A stretch of DNA of 63,907 nt, the filler included, from Parasitella parasitica NRRL 2501 (Eukaryota; Fungi; Mucoromycota): assembly GCA_025201805.1 (NCBI GenBank). It is 5 parts of 5 records of this genome, joined end to end, with 100 filler letters (N's around TTAATTAATTAA, not from the genome) between each part and the next. Parts side by side here need not be neighbours in the genome. Positions count along the whole stretch, not along the records: positions 26,595 to 50,063 come from MU619454.1; 4 more parts are not named here. One strand, given 5' to 3'. Each line of letters opens with the position of its first letter. The first letter of the stretch is position 1. The notes under the pieces are model-generated. The model worked only from the letters and a program-made list of their open reading frames with translations, made no database searches and had not been told where the DNA came from. The position numbers and the translations under genes are program-made. Shown here piece by piece: positions 26,616 through 38,586 of the stretch.

Positions 26616-28085
26616 ATGGCTCTTTCCGACAAACAAACATTGACTACAGGAAGGAATCTCATTGGTGGAAACACTGGAGATTCTCGCCATAACCCAAACA
26701 AACAAAAAGACCCAATGCGCTCATACGCACAGGTAATCAAGTCTAATCAAGCAAGGGATTGCTTTGATTTAGGACGCAGGACAGCAGCTGAAATAGGAGA
26801 ACTGTCTGAGGGTGGAAAACTGTACATCCACGCCAAGGATAAAAACTCCATAGTAATTGACGGTGCTCAGTTTACTGAGGCAAATGTCAATTTTAAGGAA
26901 CTCGGCGTTCTACTTCGGGAGCAATACCCGGAAGCACTTGGACTTCGCATTCGTAATGCAACCAAAGGCACTCACTACTTCGAAATCAATTTTCGTACAG
27001 CAGCAGCCAGGGAAGAGGCCCTGAAGAAAGATTTTGCCTACAAAGACAAGAAGGTGACTGTCAGTCGAACCTTCCCCAAGGATGCTACTATCATTCGAGT
27101 TAGTATCAGTGATCTACCCTTTGAGGACGAGGCCATCCTCAAGGAACATATGAGCGATATCTTTAAATACCATGGTGAAATTCTGGAAATGGGTCTACTG
27201 TACACTGTACATGGTCACTGGTTCACCGGTCGAGGCTTTGTTACTTTGAACAGACTGCCGGGAAAGGACTATAAGGATTTGACACCTCAAATGGAATCTT
27301 GGGACGATAATGAAAATCTAACGCTCACGTACACTAACATGAAGCCTAGTTGTAGTCGCTGTCATGTCACCGATCATGTCTTCGGTAACTGCCCCACAAT
27401 GATACGTAAGATGAAGAAATGTTACATTTGTGGTCACTCTGATCATTTGCAAGCTGGCTGCCCAGAGGCTTGGTGGAACCTCAACAAGATGGCTAAAAAG
27501 ATTGCCAAACGTAATGCAGCCCATAAGTCGCCCAATCAGCCAAGTACTCCTGATGACACCACGATTATCAAGGAATCTGCCAATTCTGCTGCTCCCTCTC
27601 AGATAGCCTCTAAAGACGACTCGCCAACTATCGTCCAGCAGATTGAGGGGTCTACCTCAGAGCATGAAGGACCGTCGAAGGTTGCTGACGGTACGACTTC
27701 TACCCAGGCCGATCTGGTGGTAGATCACCATGATGCCCTGGGAGCTCCCGACCAAATTGACCCGGCTCTCCCGGAGAGTAGCAATGATGCCCACCATCAG
27801 GAGGAGAGAGAAGATATGTCTGATGCCGACATGGGCTCTGATGTTGATGATAGCGACTTGGACATGTTTGAAGCTGCCAAGGAAGCTGAAGAGACCAATG
27901 TCTCTATTGAACAAGTTCTGGCCAAACAACGTCTGCTGCTCAAGAAGGCCAAAAACAAGAAGCAGAAAACGATCAAACAGATGAAAGGTAACAAGGCGTT
28001 GGGCCATTCCAGTTTTGGGGCTCGCGTAAGTGGTGGGGTTGCTAAGGGGCAGAAGCAATCCACCAACACTTCTTTAACGTTATAA
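26616..28085 (+). CDS. LINE ORF1 (RRM-like region plus two CCHC zinc knuckles)
   Basis: CSRCHVTDHVFGNC and CYICGHSDHLQAGC; WFTGRGFVTL; first ATG at 26616. Confidence 0.9.
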   Translation: MALSDKQTLTTGRNLIGGNTGDSRHNPNKQKDPMRSYAQVIKSNQARDCFDLGRRTAAEIGELSEGGKLYIHAKDKNSIVIDGAQFTEANVNFKELGVLLREQYPEALGLRIRNATKGTHYFEINFRTAAAREEALKKDFAYKDKKVTVSRTFPKDATIIRVSISDLPFEDEAILKEHMSDIFKYHGEILEMGLLYTVHGHWFTGRGFVTLNRLPGKDYKDLTPQMESWDDNENLTLTYTNMKPSCSRCHVTDHVFGNCPTMIRKMKKCYICGHSDHLQAGCPEAWWNLNKMAKKIAKRNAAHKSPNQPSTPDDTTIIKESANSAAPSQIASKDDSPTIVQQIEGSTSEHEGPSKVADGTTSTQADLVVDHHDALGAPDQIDPALPESSNDAHHQEEREDMSDADMGSDVDDSDLDMFEAAKEAEETNVSIEQVLAKQRLLLKKAKNKKQKTIKQMKGNKALGHSSFGARVSGGVAKGQKQSTNTSLTL

Positions 28086-28090
28086 TTATT

Positions 28091-31000
28091 ATGAGTAATC
28101 ATAATAATTATAGCCAAACCTAGAATATCAAATTTGGATCACTTAATTGTAGATATCTACTCAAAGTCAACAATCCCCAATTATCTGATTCTTTTATTCG
28201 GTATTTGAGGTTGCAAAAATTTGACATTTTTGCCTGCCAAGAAACCCATATACCCTCACTACACTTTGAAGATCGGACAGCCATGCTCAACATGAAATTC
28301 CAATCTTATCAAAGCTTATGGACATCCCAATGTGGATTATTGAATTTTAACAAGAATATCAACATGGAAAAAATACACTCCTCCAATGATGGTAGATTTA
28401 TATTGGCGAAATTATCGGTACCTGCAGAGCCAAACTTTTTGCCTATATACGTACTCAACGTATATGCACCTGCGGATACTATACAAAACAAAACCGTTTT
28501 TTACAACAATTTGATAGCATATCTCAAATCGCTAGATAATTATGGTGATATACTGGAACGTCTGATTCTTGCTGGTGATTTCAATTTTCAGTATGATTTA
28601 CGATTGCCTGGCAACACACCTAGCAAGCAACCAACAGCATTTGTGAACTTTACAGATTCATTTCTGCATGACTGCAACAACAATTACAGCGATCCCTTTT
28701 TTGAAACTCTACCAACCTTTGTTCGAGGGCGAGTGATCAAAACCCTCGACTATATCATGGTTGGTCGGCTTTTAAAAGATCTCTACTTTGACAACAACAT
28801 CCAATACATTTCTCGTGAGTGGACAGATCACCATCTACTGACGGTCAGCTTGAAGATACAACTGTCGAATACTGGAAAAGGATTATGGCGAGCAAATCCA
28901 AACCTCGTTCATTATAAGTCTTATATTCAGAAGATTAACTCTGGTATTTCGCACTTTATGCAGAGCATCCTTGCTCATTCTTCTGATAGCAATCAAATCA
29001 AATGGGATCGCTTAAAAGGCTACGTTCGTAAGTTAACTAAAGCTTACTGCAGCAATCGTTCTTCCTGGCGAAAAGAACGCTTAAAAGAGCTTCAAAGCAA
29101 ACGAAATCAACTGATGAGACAGTACAAACACGATCAAACGGCTTTGCAGGAACGCCTACCAAAGCTTGAACATAATATAGCGTATCTGGAACATGAACTG
29201 GCTCGAAATGCAAGCTTAAAAGCGGGTAGACGTTGGCTTGACAACAACGAGAATTCAGCAGGTTTTCTGAAAGCGACTGGGGAACGTCGCCTTGCTCAGC
29301 GAAAGATGGACATTCTCATTCACCCCACCTCGAACGCCCTTTGCTCCTCTACAATGGAAAAGCTGGATGCGGTACATTCCTTTTATCATGTACTATACTC
29401 CCCAGAGCCAATTCATAGGTACTCAATGGATAAGTTGCTTAGAGGAATTCAGAAGACAATTTCTGTCGAAGACGCGGATTTCATTATCTCGCGTATAGAT
29501 ATCGATGATATCCTCCAATCTGCCGCTCGTTGTCCAAAGGTCAGCAGCCCTGGGCGGGACGGACTTCCATATCCTATCCTTCGTTTGATTTTGGCTCACC
29601 CTGAGTGTCAGAATTTGGCTCTTCAAATATATAATGACGCTTTAAATCTTGGTATCTTCCCTCCCTCTTGGCAGGAAACTTGCATAGTCCTCCTTCCAAA
29701 ACAAGGAGACCTTAAGGATCTTGCCAATTGGAGGCCCATCTCCCTGATAAATACTGATTGCAAGGTATTCACTAGAATTTTGAATTCTCGGGTGATTGAT
29801 GCTGCTAATCAGGTGATTACGCAACAACAAGCGGGTTTTATGCCTAACCGTTTTATTGGCGATCACGGCCTCGCTCTGCGAATTCTGATGGAAGACGCTC
29901 AACTATATTCCAACCGAGCTCTTGGGGTGGCCATCGATAGCGCTAAAGCATATGATTATGTCAACGAGAACTACATTTGCAAAGTATTGCAAAAGTTTGG
30001 TTTTCCCTCCACATTCATCACAAGCATTCGCAATTTGTTCTTTAAGAACCAAATAGTGATTAACGTTAACGGGTTTTTGACAGATTCTGTACAGCAGAAA
30101 CGGGGACTACGCCAGGGGGATTCCATTTCTCCAGTGCTCTTTAACTTTGCCTTGGAACCTCTACTGCTAGCCATCTTAAATGATCCCAATATCAAAGGAT
30201 ACTCCTTGAACACCAAAGCCGTCAAATCATCGAACCTTCAAGTGCCATCTCCTGCTCCCATTAAACTGTTAGCTTATGCTGATGATTTATTAGTCATTGT
30301 CAACAGTAGTGTCGAGATGCAGGCCATTCAGGATCATATATCATGCTATGGCCGTGCATCCAATGCTAGGGTTAATTATCATAAGTCGGTCGCTTTCCCC
30401 CTCTCTGGGGACAGGTCCATCGTACGTCCAGATTTGTTCCGCCTCTCACGGCGCCTTCAATTCCAATGGCACGATTCAAATAGTGCGTCCTATATGAAAT
30501 ACCTTGGGTACCCCATCTGGTTTGGTGTCCACCAAAGGACGAAGTTTTGTGAAGAAAGTATCCTCAAGTTACAGGCGTCCCTCGACCGCCACTTAACGCG
30601 TAATATCTCTGTGTACGGCCGGGCAAAAATGGCCAATACTTTGTTCCTGGCTAGATTCTGGCACGTATTGAGGATTACTACGTTCCCTTTGGCCTTTATC
30701 AGGAAGATATCCTCTATGATTTACCAATTTATATGCTACAGGATCTTTCCGCCTATGAGGAAATCTGTCATTTACTTACCCAAAGAAGATGGTGGTCTGG
30801 CAGTTTTCGACATAACTGTGCAACAACATATACTACAGCAGCGTTATGTCAGGGCTCTCCTGATAGACGCCCCAGGTGAGCAGCAGCTGCCTAGTTTCCT
30901 CCTGCAGCTCCTCTCAACGTTCATACAAGTAACGTATGGGGCTCCCTACGTGCAGTTACCATTGTTGTTTAAGAACTTTCGCTGGGGCTCGCCTTTGACT

Positions 31001-31981
31001 GGCCTACATTGCCTCCTCCCAATTTTGCGCTCTGTCGATGCCTTTTATATTGATGATTCCTGGGATCAAAGCCAACTGTCTTTTGACACGCTGCTGAACT
31101 TTCCTCTCGTTGCCCTATGTCAACAGGATGACGCTGCCCATAGCATTGTTCAACACAGACAGATACGACAAAAACCGGCCAGCACTTTCTTAGAACCAAG
31201 TCGCTTATCCGAGGCTCTAGTCTTTAAAGCTCGAAGCAGCTGTCCCAACCCTGGCCTGTTGACAAAGATTCTTCGAGCGGTAAATTCGGGTGCTCTGTCC
31301 TTCATCTCGTCCATCAACGTATACTTGTCTTCTCCCTCTGGCCCTTCTCTGAGTGCCGCGGGCAGTGGTGTTGACTTCTCGCCGTATTTTCGTTCTAAGT
31401 TCATCTACCAAGGAATATTGGTCTTGTCCATGACTAATTCTCAGCTGCGAACGATGTATATGCGAGATCACCCACCAATCAACCGCCCAGCGCTGGATGT
31501 TCATCGCTTTACTGCTATATCCTCCTTCCTCCATACGCGGATGCCCAGCTCAGCGCGTAATCTTTGGTTTCGTTTGCTACATAACAAAGTCTCATCTAAG
31601 GTGAATTTGCGGCCTATCCTCAAGCTGCCGGATGAAATGTGTGTTTTCTGTGGCGGTCGTGAGACTACTGCCCACATGTTGTTCACTTGCCCATCTCATG
31701 CTGATGCTTGGCAAAACTACTTTGCCTTGGTCTTTGTGCCTTCTGGTCCACTGAATATGGATCAGGTATCTCAAGATGTAATGTCGTTAAACCTACAGGG
31801 ATACCGTCTTCTGGACTCCGAATTGAAAGTTTCTGTTTTCGAAGCGGTTACATGTCTACTGACTTCTGTCTGGCGTGCCAAATGGCAACACTATTTTGAT
31901 GCAGTTGCCCCTGACAACCAATCCATCGTGGATCGTGCCATGGTCAATTTGCGACACTTATCGGCTCTTAACATTTTGTAA
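28091..31981 (+). pseudogene. LINE ORF2 (APE endonuclease, reverse transcriptase, zf-RVT) with one premature stop at codon 11
   Basis: ATG 28091 MSNHNNYSQT*NIKFGSLNCR is in frame with the 28205 ORF; CQETH, AGDFN, LDYI, TDHH, WRPISL, GLRQGDSISP, AYADD, CVFC..ET..H..C. Confidence 0.9.
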
Positions 31982-33362
31982 TATAGTTTTTTTGCCCCTC
32001 CTCGAGACAGGTCACTTTTCTTAATACACCTGCTCCCATATTAATTTTTAATTTTATATGAGTTTATTTTAATAAATCTTCATACCTACAAAAAAAAAAA
32101 TATACACTTTATTCCTCGCAGGATTGTGTTTATTTTGCTGTGTTCTTGTTTTATTTTATTTAATTCTTTATCATATTTAAGCATCTGCCGTACAGATTGC
32201 AACATTTTCTAGTTAGTCATTTAGTATAAATATCTCTTTCAATTGAAAGTTCTAATAAAAAATAACTTTTTATTCTTTTTTTTATTGGTTTCATTTGACA
32301 AGACATCATTAGACGTTATTTTCTGTGTTGCTTAATTATTTGTAAGTTACATGATGATAACAGAGAGGATCAACTGGATGATGTTTATTAGCATAGCTCT
32401 AATTCATTTCGTAATTTTTAGCTTGCTAGTTACATTTAAATCCAATATCCTTCAAGTTAAAAGATCAAACCGATCATAATACGAACTTTTCTCATTTATC
32501 CGTTTCAAGAACCAATTTTAGTAGTAATAATGACCGCATTAAAAGGAATTTCTTCAAATACTTGCAAATGATGGACTCTTCAGATCATGCGAATAACACT
32601 AACAAATAAATCGTAGATTGGGGGTATTGACTTAAGGCTGGGCCTAGGTTCATGTTACACAAATAATTCAAATTTGGCGTGAATTAGCTTTTGTAAAGGT
32701 AGCTCAAAAACTATTTGAAGATGTTCCGTACATTCATTTTATATGGACAGCCAATTACCTGGTTTTTAGTATCTTCAAATTCTTGGCATAACACACGTTT
32801 GTCATCCTCTATGTTTTGATCTGTCTCCTGGCAAGGGCAGCTCTTCTGGAGCATAGACAATGAACCATACGATACCATATAGTCTTCGCTGAGTAGTGCA
32901 TGTTTTACTTGTAAATTGTCTCCATTCAGCTCTCCTGATATCGTCGTTGAATTAGTGCCCAATGTTCAAATTCTCCACGTCTCTTGGAATGGCCGTTTGA
33001 TGTTTTATTATCTCGTTGTAGAATATTCCATCTTGATATTTCAGCAATGCTACGAAAGTTTGCAAATTCAGAATCTCATCAAAGTCTCAACAGATGGATT
33101 TGTAATTATAATATAAGTAAAGACTTTTATAGTGTCGTTGTAATAATGATAATAAAAATTGGACGAACGAAAAGTAATTTTTGGTGCACAAAAATTGTTT
33201 ATAGTGCATGATTCCGGAGTACTTGATGCAGCAATTGATTATTGTTATCTAATAAACTGTTCTATAGGGATTCATCGTAGTATCTTGTTGGAAAACGTCA
33301 TAAGAAAGAATTGAATATTACTGCCACTTTTGGCGTAAATGTTTGCAATGTATAAATGTGTA

Positions 33363-33480
33363 GACCCGCCGAGCGCAACCCTGCGCCCTAATGGGCGAGT
33401 ATTTAGATATTTGCCCCAAAATTATTATTCTAATAATAATTTGGGGCTCCGGGCCGCCCGGCGGCCTGAATTATTAGGTC
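33363..33480. other. GC-rich multi-hairpin islet (double-hairpin-element-like; possible NUMT)
   Basis: GCGCA-ACCC-TGCGC, CGCCC-TAAT-GGGCG, GCCCCAAAATTATTA..TAATAATTTGGGGC, GGCCGC-CCG-GCGGCC within AT-rich DNA. Confidence 0.5.
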
Positions 33481-35050
33481 ATTATTTTTACACAATTCTA
33501 AGTTAAGGGATCTGCTAACCAACCACTTCTGAATAACTCGGAGAAACTACCAATATTATCTGATTGAAGTGGGTTGCTATTGAAAATAGACATGTTAATA
33601 TGAAGCTTTTAGTGATGGAAAGTTGAATACAATTAGGACTGTATTACGTCAAATAAGGATCGTCAAAGAAGAATTGCCGAATGCAAAAAGGAACAGGGTC
33701 ACTAGCACAAGGTTTGAGTACACTTGATGAGGAAAGAATTATGGAAGCAAGATCTAGCCTAATAGAAGCTAGAACATTTCGCTTGTATCTGAAGTTGTGA
33801 TTTTAAACTCTTCATCTAGTACAGCCAAACTGTGCGTCAAGTCGCAAACCACAGCATATATTCGTTACATAAACCTTTTCTTGAACCTCATTTGTGATAG
33901 TAGTGTTAATTTAGATACGTTTGTTTTCATATTGAAGTTTAGTACGTAAGAGCTTAGAGTCAATGTCTTGTATAATATGTACAAGACATGCATATAAAGA
34001 TTGCCGATCTCTATTTTTTTTACACAAATAGAATGCATTGAAAATGTATGTTGTAGATTGATTCATATCAGGTACAGCTTTTACTGCAAAAACGGAAGTT
34101 TATAATTGTTTTAATGAACAGCTTTTCATAGCGTTCTTTTCCAAAAAAAATAATCATATTCAATCTGCGTATATCCTTTACACAAATAAATAAGAGATAA
34201 TGGCAAAGTCATACAGGAAACTTTGCCCAAATAGAGATTTTCTTTGTGCGGTAATACGTATAGTGTAGGTAATGAGACCTATATGTACACAGCCCATTTT
34301 AGTACCCTGCATGTACGAGACAGGATCTTATATTTTTTGTTGGCAATTAACTGTAATTGCTTGTGTAGATGCGCAGTTATACATAGCATGTTTACTTGCA
34401 GTGATATACGTTGTCTTGTGGATACTCATGGAATGAAGTAAAATCATATTCTGCAATAAAGCCCACCAAAAATAGCATGGGGCTCTCCGTGTTTTTATCT
34501 AGTGTCGTGATATTAGGACAAACACATACTCACAAAAAAGATCTACATCTTTAAAGAAAAAAACAAAACTACAGATTGAGGAGAGGGAGACACATGCTGG
34601 AGATAATCCTGTTCTCGGATCTGCATTGAGACAGAGATCTCTGTGTATTTGTTTGTTCTGAGGAGCTTGCTTCATGTGTAGTGCAAACGTTGGCTAAAGT
34701 TGGCTAAATTTATCCACTCAAAGAGTTTTACTCAACAAGCGATTTGAAAAGGAATATCAATCTGGTTATGTGATAAAGGAGATGCAATTGAAGTATCTTA
34801 TGGCGTAATAATAACAACGAATAAATGCGACACATGAAAAAACAAGTTGGCCCAAAGAAGGTATAGCATTGTATGCAGTAACTCGCCCCTTCTTTATGCT
34901 GCATCGTACATTCATACAACAAGATTTAGTATTTGCAACAGATAAACAAATTTGGCATCATCTTTGATCCTGCCTATAAAAGAGGCGTAGAATTCCTAGC
35001 TTTTTGTTCTTCATTCTTTCTCATCAGGATATCAATATCTTTTAAACAAA

Positions 35051-35818
35051 ATGCGTTTCAATCCTATTTCTCTTGGCTTAGTTGCTACCATTTTTATGGC
35101 AGCTTGTGTTCGTGCTGGCCCAGTTGGTGATGTTGCTGGCGGTGATGTTGCAGGCGATGTTGGAAATGGTGGTGTTCGTGATGCTGTTACTGATTTAACT
35201 GGCGACCTTGGTAATGGTGGTGTAGATGAGACTGTCAAGGATGTAACTGATGGTTTAAATGTCAAGAGATCAGCCAGACTTTCTCGCAGAAAATTATTAA
35301 GACGCCAGGATGCCGCCGAAGAAGGTGCTGCTGGTGAAGAAGGTGCTGCTGGTGAAGAAAGTGCTGCTGCTGAAGAAGGTGCTGCTGCTGAAGAAGGTGC
35401 TGCCGAAGAAGGTGCTGTTACCGAAGATGGTGCTGCTAAAAAAGGTGCTACTAAAGTCGTTACTGCTCCCGCCCCCAAAGGTGAAGAAAGTACACACACA
35501 GGCTTAGGTAGACGTGAAACTGAAGAAGATGAAGAAGAAGAAGAAGAAGATGAGGAAGAAGAAGATGAAGAAGAAGAAGAAAGCAAGAAGGGCAAGAGAT
35601 CTGAAGAAGACGAGGAGGAAGAAGAAGCAGATGAGGAAGAAGAAGAAGAAGGAGACAAGAAAGGCAAGAGATCTGAAAAAGACGAGGAGGAAAAAGATGA
35701 AGAAGAGGCTGATGAACAAGACGTAGAAGCTGATGAAGAAGAAGCTGATGAACAAGACGTAGAAGCTGATGAAGAAGAGGCTGATGAGCTTGGCGATGAA
35801 GATCCCAAGGCTCATTAA
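35051..35818 (+). CDS. secreted acidic repeat protein SP1 (Kex2-type precursor)
   Basis: Signal peptide MRFNPISLGLVATIFMAACVRA; KR-SARLSRRKLLRR cassette; EEGAA repeats; GRR and 2x KKGKR followed by poly-E/D; TATAAAAG at ~34975; AATAAA downstream; intronless. Confidence 0.85.
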   Translation: MRFNPISLGLVATIFMAACVRAGPVGDVAGGDVAGDVGNGGVRDAVTDLTGDLGNGGVDETVKDVTDGLNVKRSARLSRRKLLRRQDAAEEGAAGEEGAAGEESAAAEEGAAAEEGAAEEGAVTEDGAAKKGATKVVTAPAPKGEESTHTGLGRRETEEDEEEEEEDEEEEDEEEEESKKGKRSEEDEEEEEADEEEEEEGDKKGKRSEKDEEEKDEEEADEQDVEADEEEADEQDVEADEEEADELGDEDPKAH

Positions 35819-36535
35819 ATTTCTTTGCGTTTTATAACAAAGCCATGTTTATCTTTTACGATATAGTTTCATTTCATTTTTCTTTGTATTCCTAAATTTA
35901 ATCAATAAATAAAACCACCTTTGCTTGTTCAGTACTTACCTCTGAAGTTGAGCTACCTGCTTGAGGAGTAGTTTTGTATGAGTAAGGAGTTGAAGCCACC
36001 CCTCATATGTATACTGTCTCCAAACGCAAATTTTTTCGTACAAAGGAGCTCTTTAATAGATCCTCGTTTCGGTGTTTTATTACTACCGCACATTATATTG
36101 AATACATATTGCAAGTTGTCAACATATACAACAAGTGTTCACGTGTAAGCTACTTTTATTAATTTTATACATTGATTTCTTTCCGTATGAAATGACTAGT
36201 AAAAGAATCGTGCCTGATGCCAACATTGATGCCACAAATTAGGGTTTAGAAATAAAATATGGTGTATAGACAATGCAAATAGATATTAAAAACTTTTCTG
36301 GTAAATAAGCTCATTTTAACAGCACTTAAATATCTTCTAGGAAAAGACATGTATTAAAAAAAAGGAGGAAAACGAGGAGAGGTTTCAAACATATGGATAA
36401 GACCACATTTATTAGAGTCGTAAATGGTTAAACCATTGACAGTTGTTGCGTCTATAAAAGATAGATTATCGACTCGTATTGTTTTTCCATCTACTTAACT
36501 TTTATTCTTAATCTTTTATATATACAACATTTAAT

Positions 36536-37522
36536 ATGCGTTTTAATATTCTTTCTCTTTGCTCAATTGCTACAGCATTCATTTCAGCATCCTTTGTTAG
36601 CTGTCTCGATATGTCACCTGGTACAAATGTAGCTGCAGCTTGTGCTATCAATGGATGTGTTCCTTTTGGTCAATCTTCAGGTGGAAAAGATATATTAAAG
36701 CGATCTTTGAGATTATCTCGAAGAAGGCTATCAAAACGCCATGGTTCTCATAAACACAAGGAGCAAGATGTAGCCGACACTTCCGAAGATTCAGAAGTCT
36801 ATGCATCTAGCTTTGACGATTCTGATCTTTTTGTTAATACAGCAGATGATGAATCTGCTAATTCTGCATCATCTAAAGATGTGGATATCGATCTTCCTTC
36901 ACTCAAGGATGTAGACATTGATCTTTCCTTGGTCGGCGATGACGATATTAATTCTGCTACAGCTGAAGAAGAAGCTGATGTGAATCCTGTGTCTACCGGT
37001 GATGTTACTCCTTACCCAGCGGTCCAAACTTATCCAGAGGTCCAAGCCTATCCAGAGGTTCAAGCCTATCCTGGCTATGAAACAACCCAAGATATCACCA
37101 GTACTACTGATTATGAGTCTGAACTTGAGCCAATTATTAATGATACCGTTGAATGGCCCAGTATGACTGAAGATTTGATTGAAGAGGCCGATGAAGATGA
37201 AGATGAAGATGAAGATGAAGATGAAGATGAAGAAGATGAAGAAGAAGAAGACGAGGAAGAAGAAGATGAGGAAGAAGAAGATGAGGAAGAAGAAGATGAG
37301 GAAGAAGAAGATGAGGATGAAGATGAAGATGAAGATGAAGATGATGATGAAGATGAAGATGAAGACGATCTTGCGTATAACTATTATTTGGCAGAAGCTG
37401 TTACAGCTGCTACAGCTGCTGTTACAGACGCTACAGCTGCTGTTACAAACGCTACAGCTGTTGTTACAGACGCTGCAGCAGATGCTACTACAGATGCTAC
37501 AGCAAGCGCTGTTACTTATTAA
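36536..37522 (+). CDS. secreted acidic repeat protein SP2
   Basis: Signal peptide MRFNILSLCSIATAFISASFVSC; KR-SLRLSRRRLSKR cassette; YPEVQA repeats; ~60-residue poly-D/E; C-terminal AVTxATA heptads; TATAAAAG at ~36453. Confidence 0.85.
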   Translation: MRFNILSLCSIATAFISASFVSCLDMSPGTNVAAACAINGCVPFGQSSGGKDILKRSLRLSRRRLSKRHGSHKHKEQDVADTSEDSEVYASSFDDSDLFVNTADDESANSASSKDVDIDLPSLKDVDIDLSLVGDDDINSATAEEEADVNPVSTGDVTPYPAVQTYPEVQAYPEVQAYPGYETTQDITSTTDYESELEPIINDTVEWPSMTEDLIEEADEDEDEDEDEDEDEEDEEEEDEEEEDEEEEDEEEEDEEEEDEDEDEDEDEDDDEDEDEDDLAYNYYLAEAVTAATAAVTDATAAVTNATAVVTDAAADATTDATASAVTY

Positions 37523-38586
37523 ATCAGCTTCTCTGCTAGAAATTCAGTGCCAAAAGTCTTTCTTTATTAGTATCTACAAAGACGTAGTGTAAAAGTCTAT
37601 ATATAATCAATATTGGAAAATAAAATGATTTTTATTTGTTCCATCCAAAAGAAAAAAAAGTTTTCTGCTGATTTCCGGTAATGAATAGAGGATCTGCGTT
37701 CCAACATGTGAACATGCAATCAAACTTTAGGGGTAATTTTTTACTGCTCAACTTGATTAACTCGTATGTTTCTTCATACACATACATGTAAGACTACCTA
37801 TGTAGAGATGGCAGGAATTATGATAGTCTCTGTATAGTATTAAAAAAAAAAAAGCTCAGAATTATGATATGCGCAACGTTTACCAGATATTTTATACTTT
37901 TCCCAATAATAAATATGATACTACTATATAGCAACTATAGTGCACGCTAATTAGCATTGTAACAAAATTGAAAGCTAATAGTAATCTGAAGGAACAACAA
38001 AGACTCACAATATCAGATAAATGAAACTTGTGATCCCTAGTCTACTCGATGGGTTTATAATATAAAGTACAGATCATTTTTTTAGACTAGTCCATGCATG
38101 CAAGACGATCCTTTTACTTTTGACCCTTATTCACTTGCTTAATGTGCAAGTACCTAGCTGTACTTTAGTTGGAAATGTACGATGCCATCTATACAATCAA
38201 ATAAGCGTATATCTGCACTTGACAATAATTGGTACTGTGTAAATCGTTAAATAAGAAAGTAAGGATATCATTCTCTGGTAAAATTACCAGAGAATTGTCC
38301 AACATTATACATATAGATTAAGGAGGCCCTTAGATAACGTAGATGTGGAAGTTAGAATTTATGTACAAGCTGACGAAAATTAGGGACACTGTGTTGGGCT
38401 TTCTTGGTAAAAAAAATAAGAAAAAAGCCCCCTTGGAAAATCATGTACCTCGTTTAAGCTAGCAAAAAGCTTGGCTTCCAAGCGCTTTTTATTCGCGGAA
38501 AAAAGTCAGAGCGATGGATTCAGGGTATAAATACTCGCCCAATTTTCGTGAAAGTGCTTTCTCTTTAGCCATCCGTATTATAAACA

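Larger units (their letters stand above)
26595..32100 (+). mobile_element. L1/Tx1-type non-LTR retrotransposon, near full length (architecture like Mucorales Grem-LINE1)
   Basis: ORF1 plus ORF2, AATAAA at ~32071 and poly(A) tail at 32090-32100; 5' end lost in a gap. Confidence 0.92.

Noticed and set aside
36698-36739. True oomycete RxLR-dEER effector homology
   Set aside because: Only one paralogue has a literal RxLR and there is no WY domain; treated as an analogy only.
37190-37370. CRISPR-like or satellite interpretation of the GAAGAT/GAGGAA repeats
   Set aside because: Coding microsatellite for poly-D/E with no unique spacers.
35032-37592. Poly-Ser, poly-Lys/Met and poly-Phe ORFs overlapping SP1 and SP2
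   Set aside because: Shadow frames of GAA/GAT repeats; only the + frames have signal peptides and TATA/poly(A) context.
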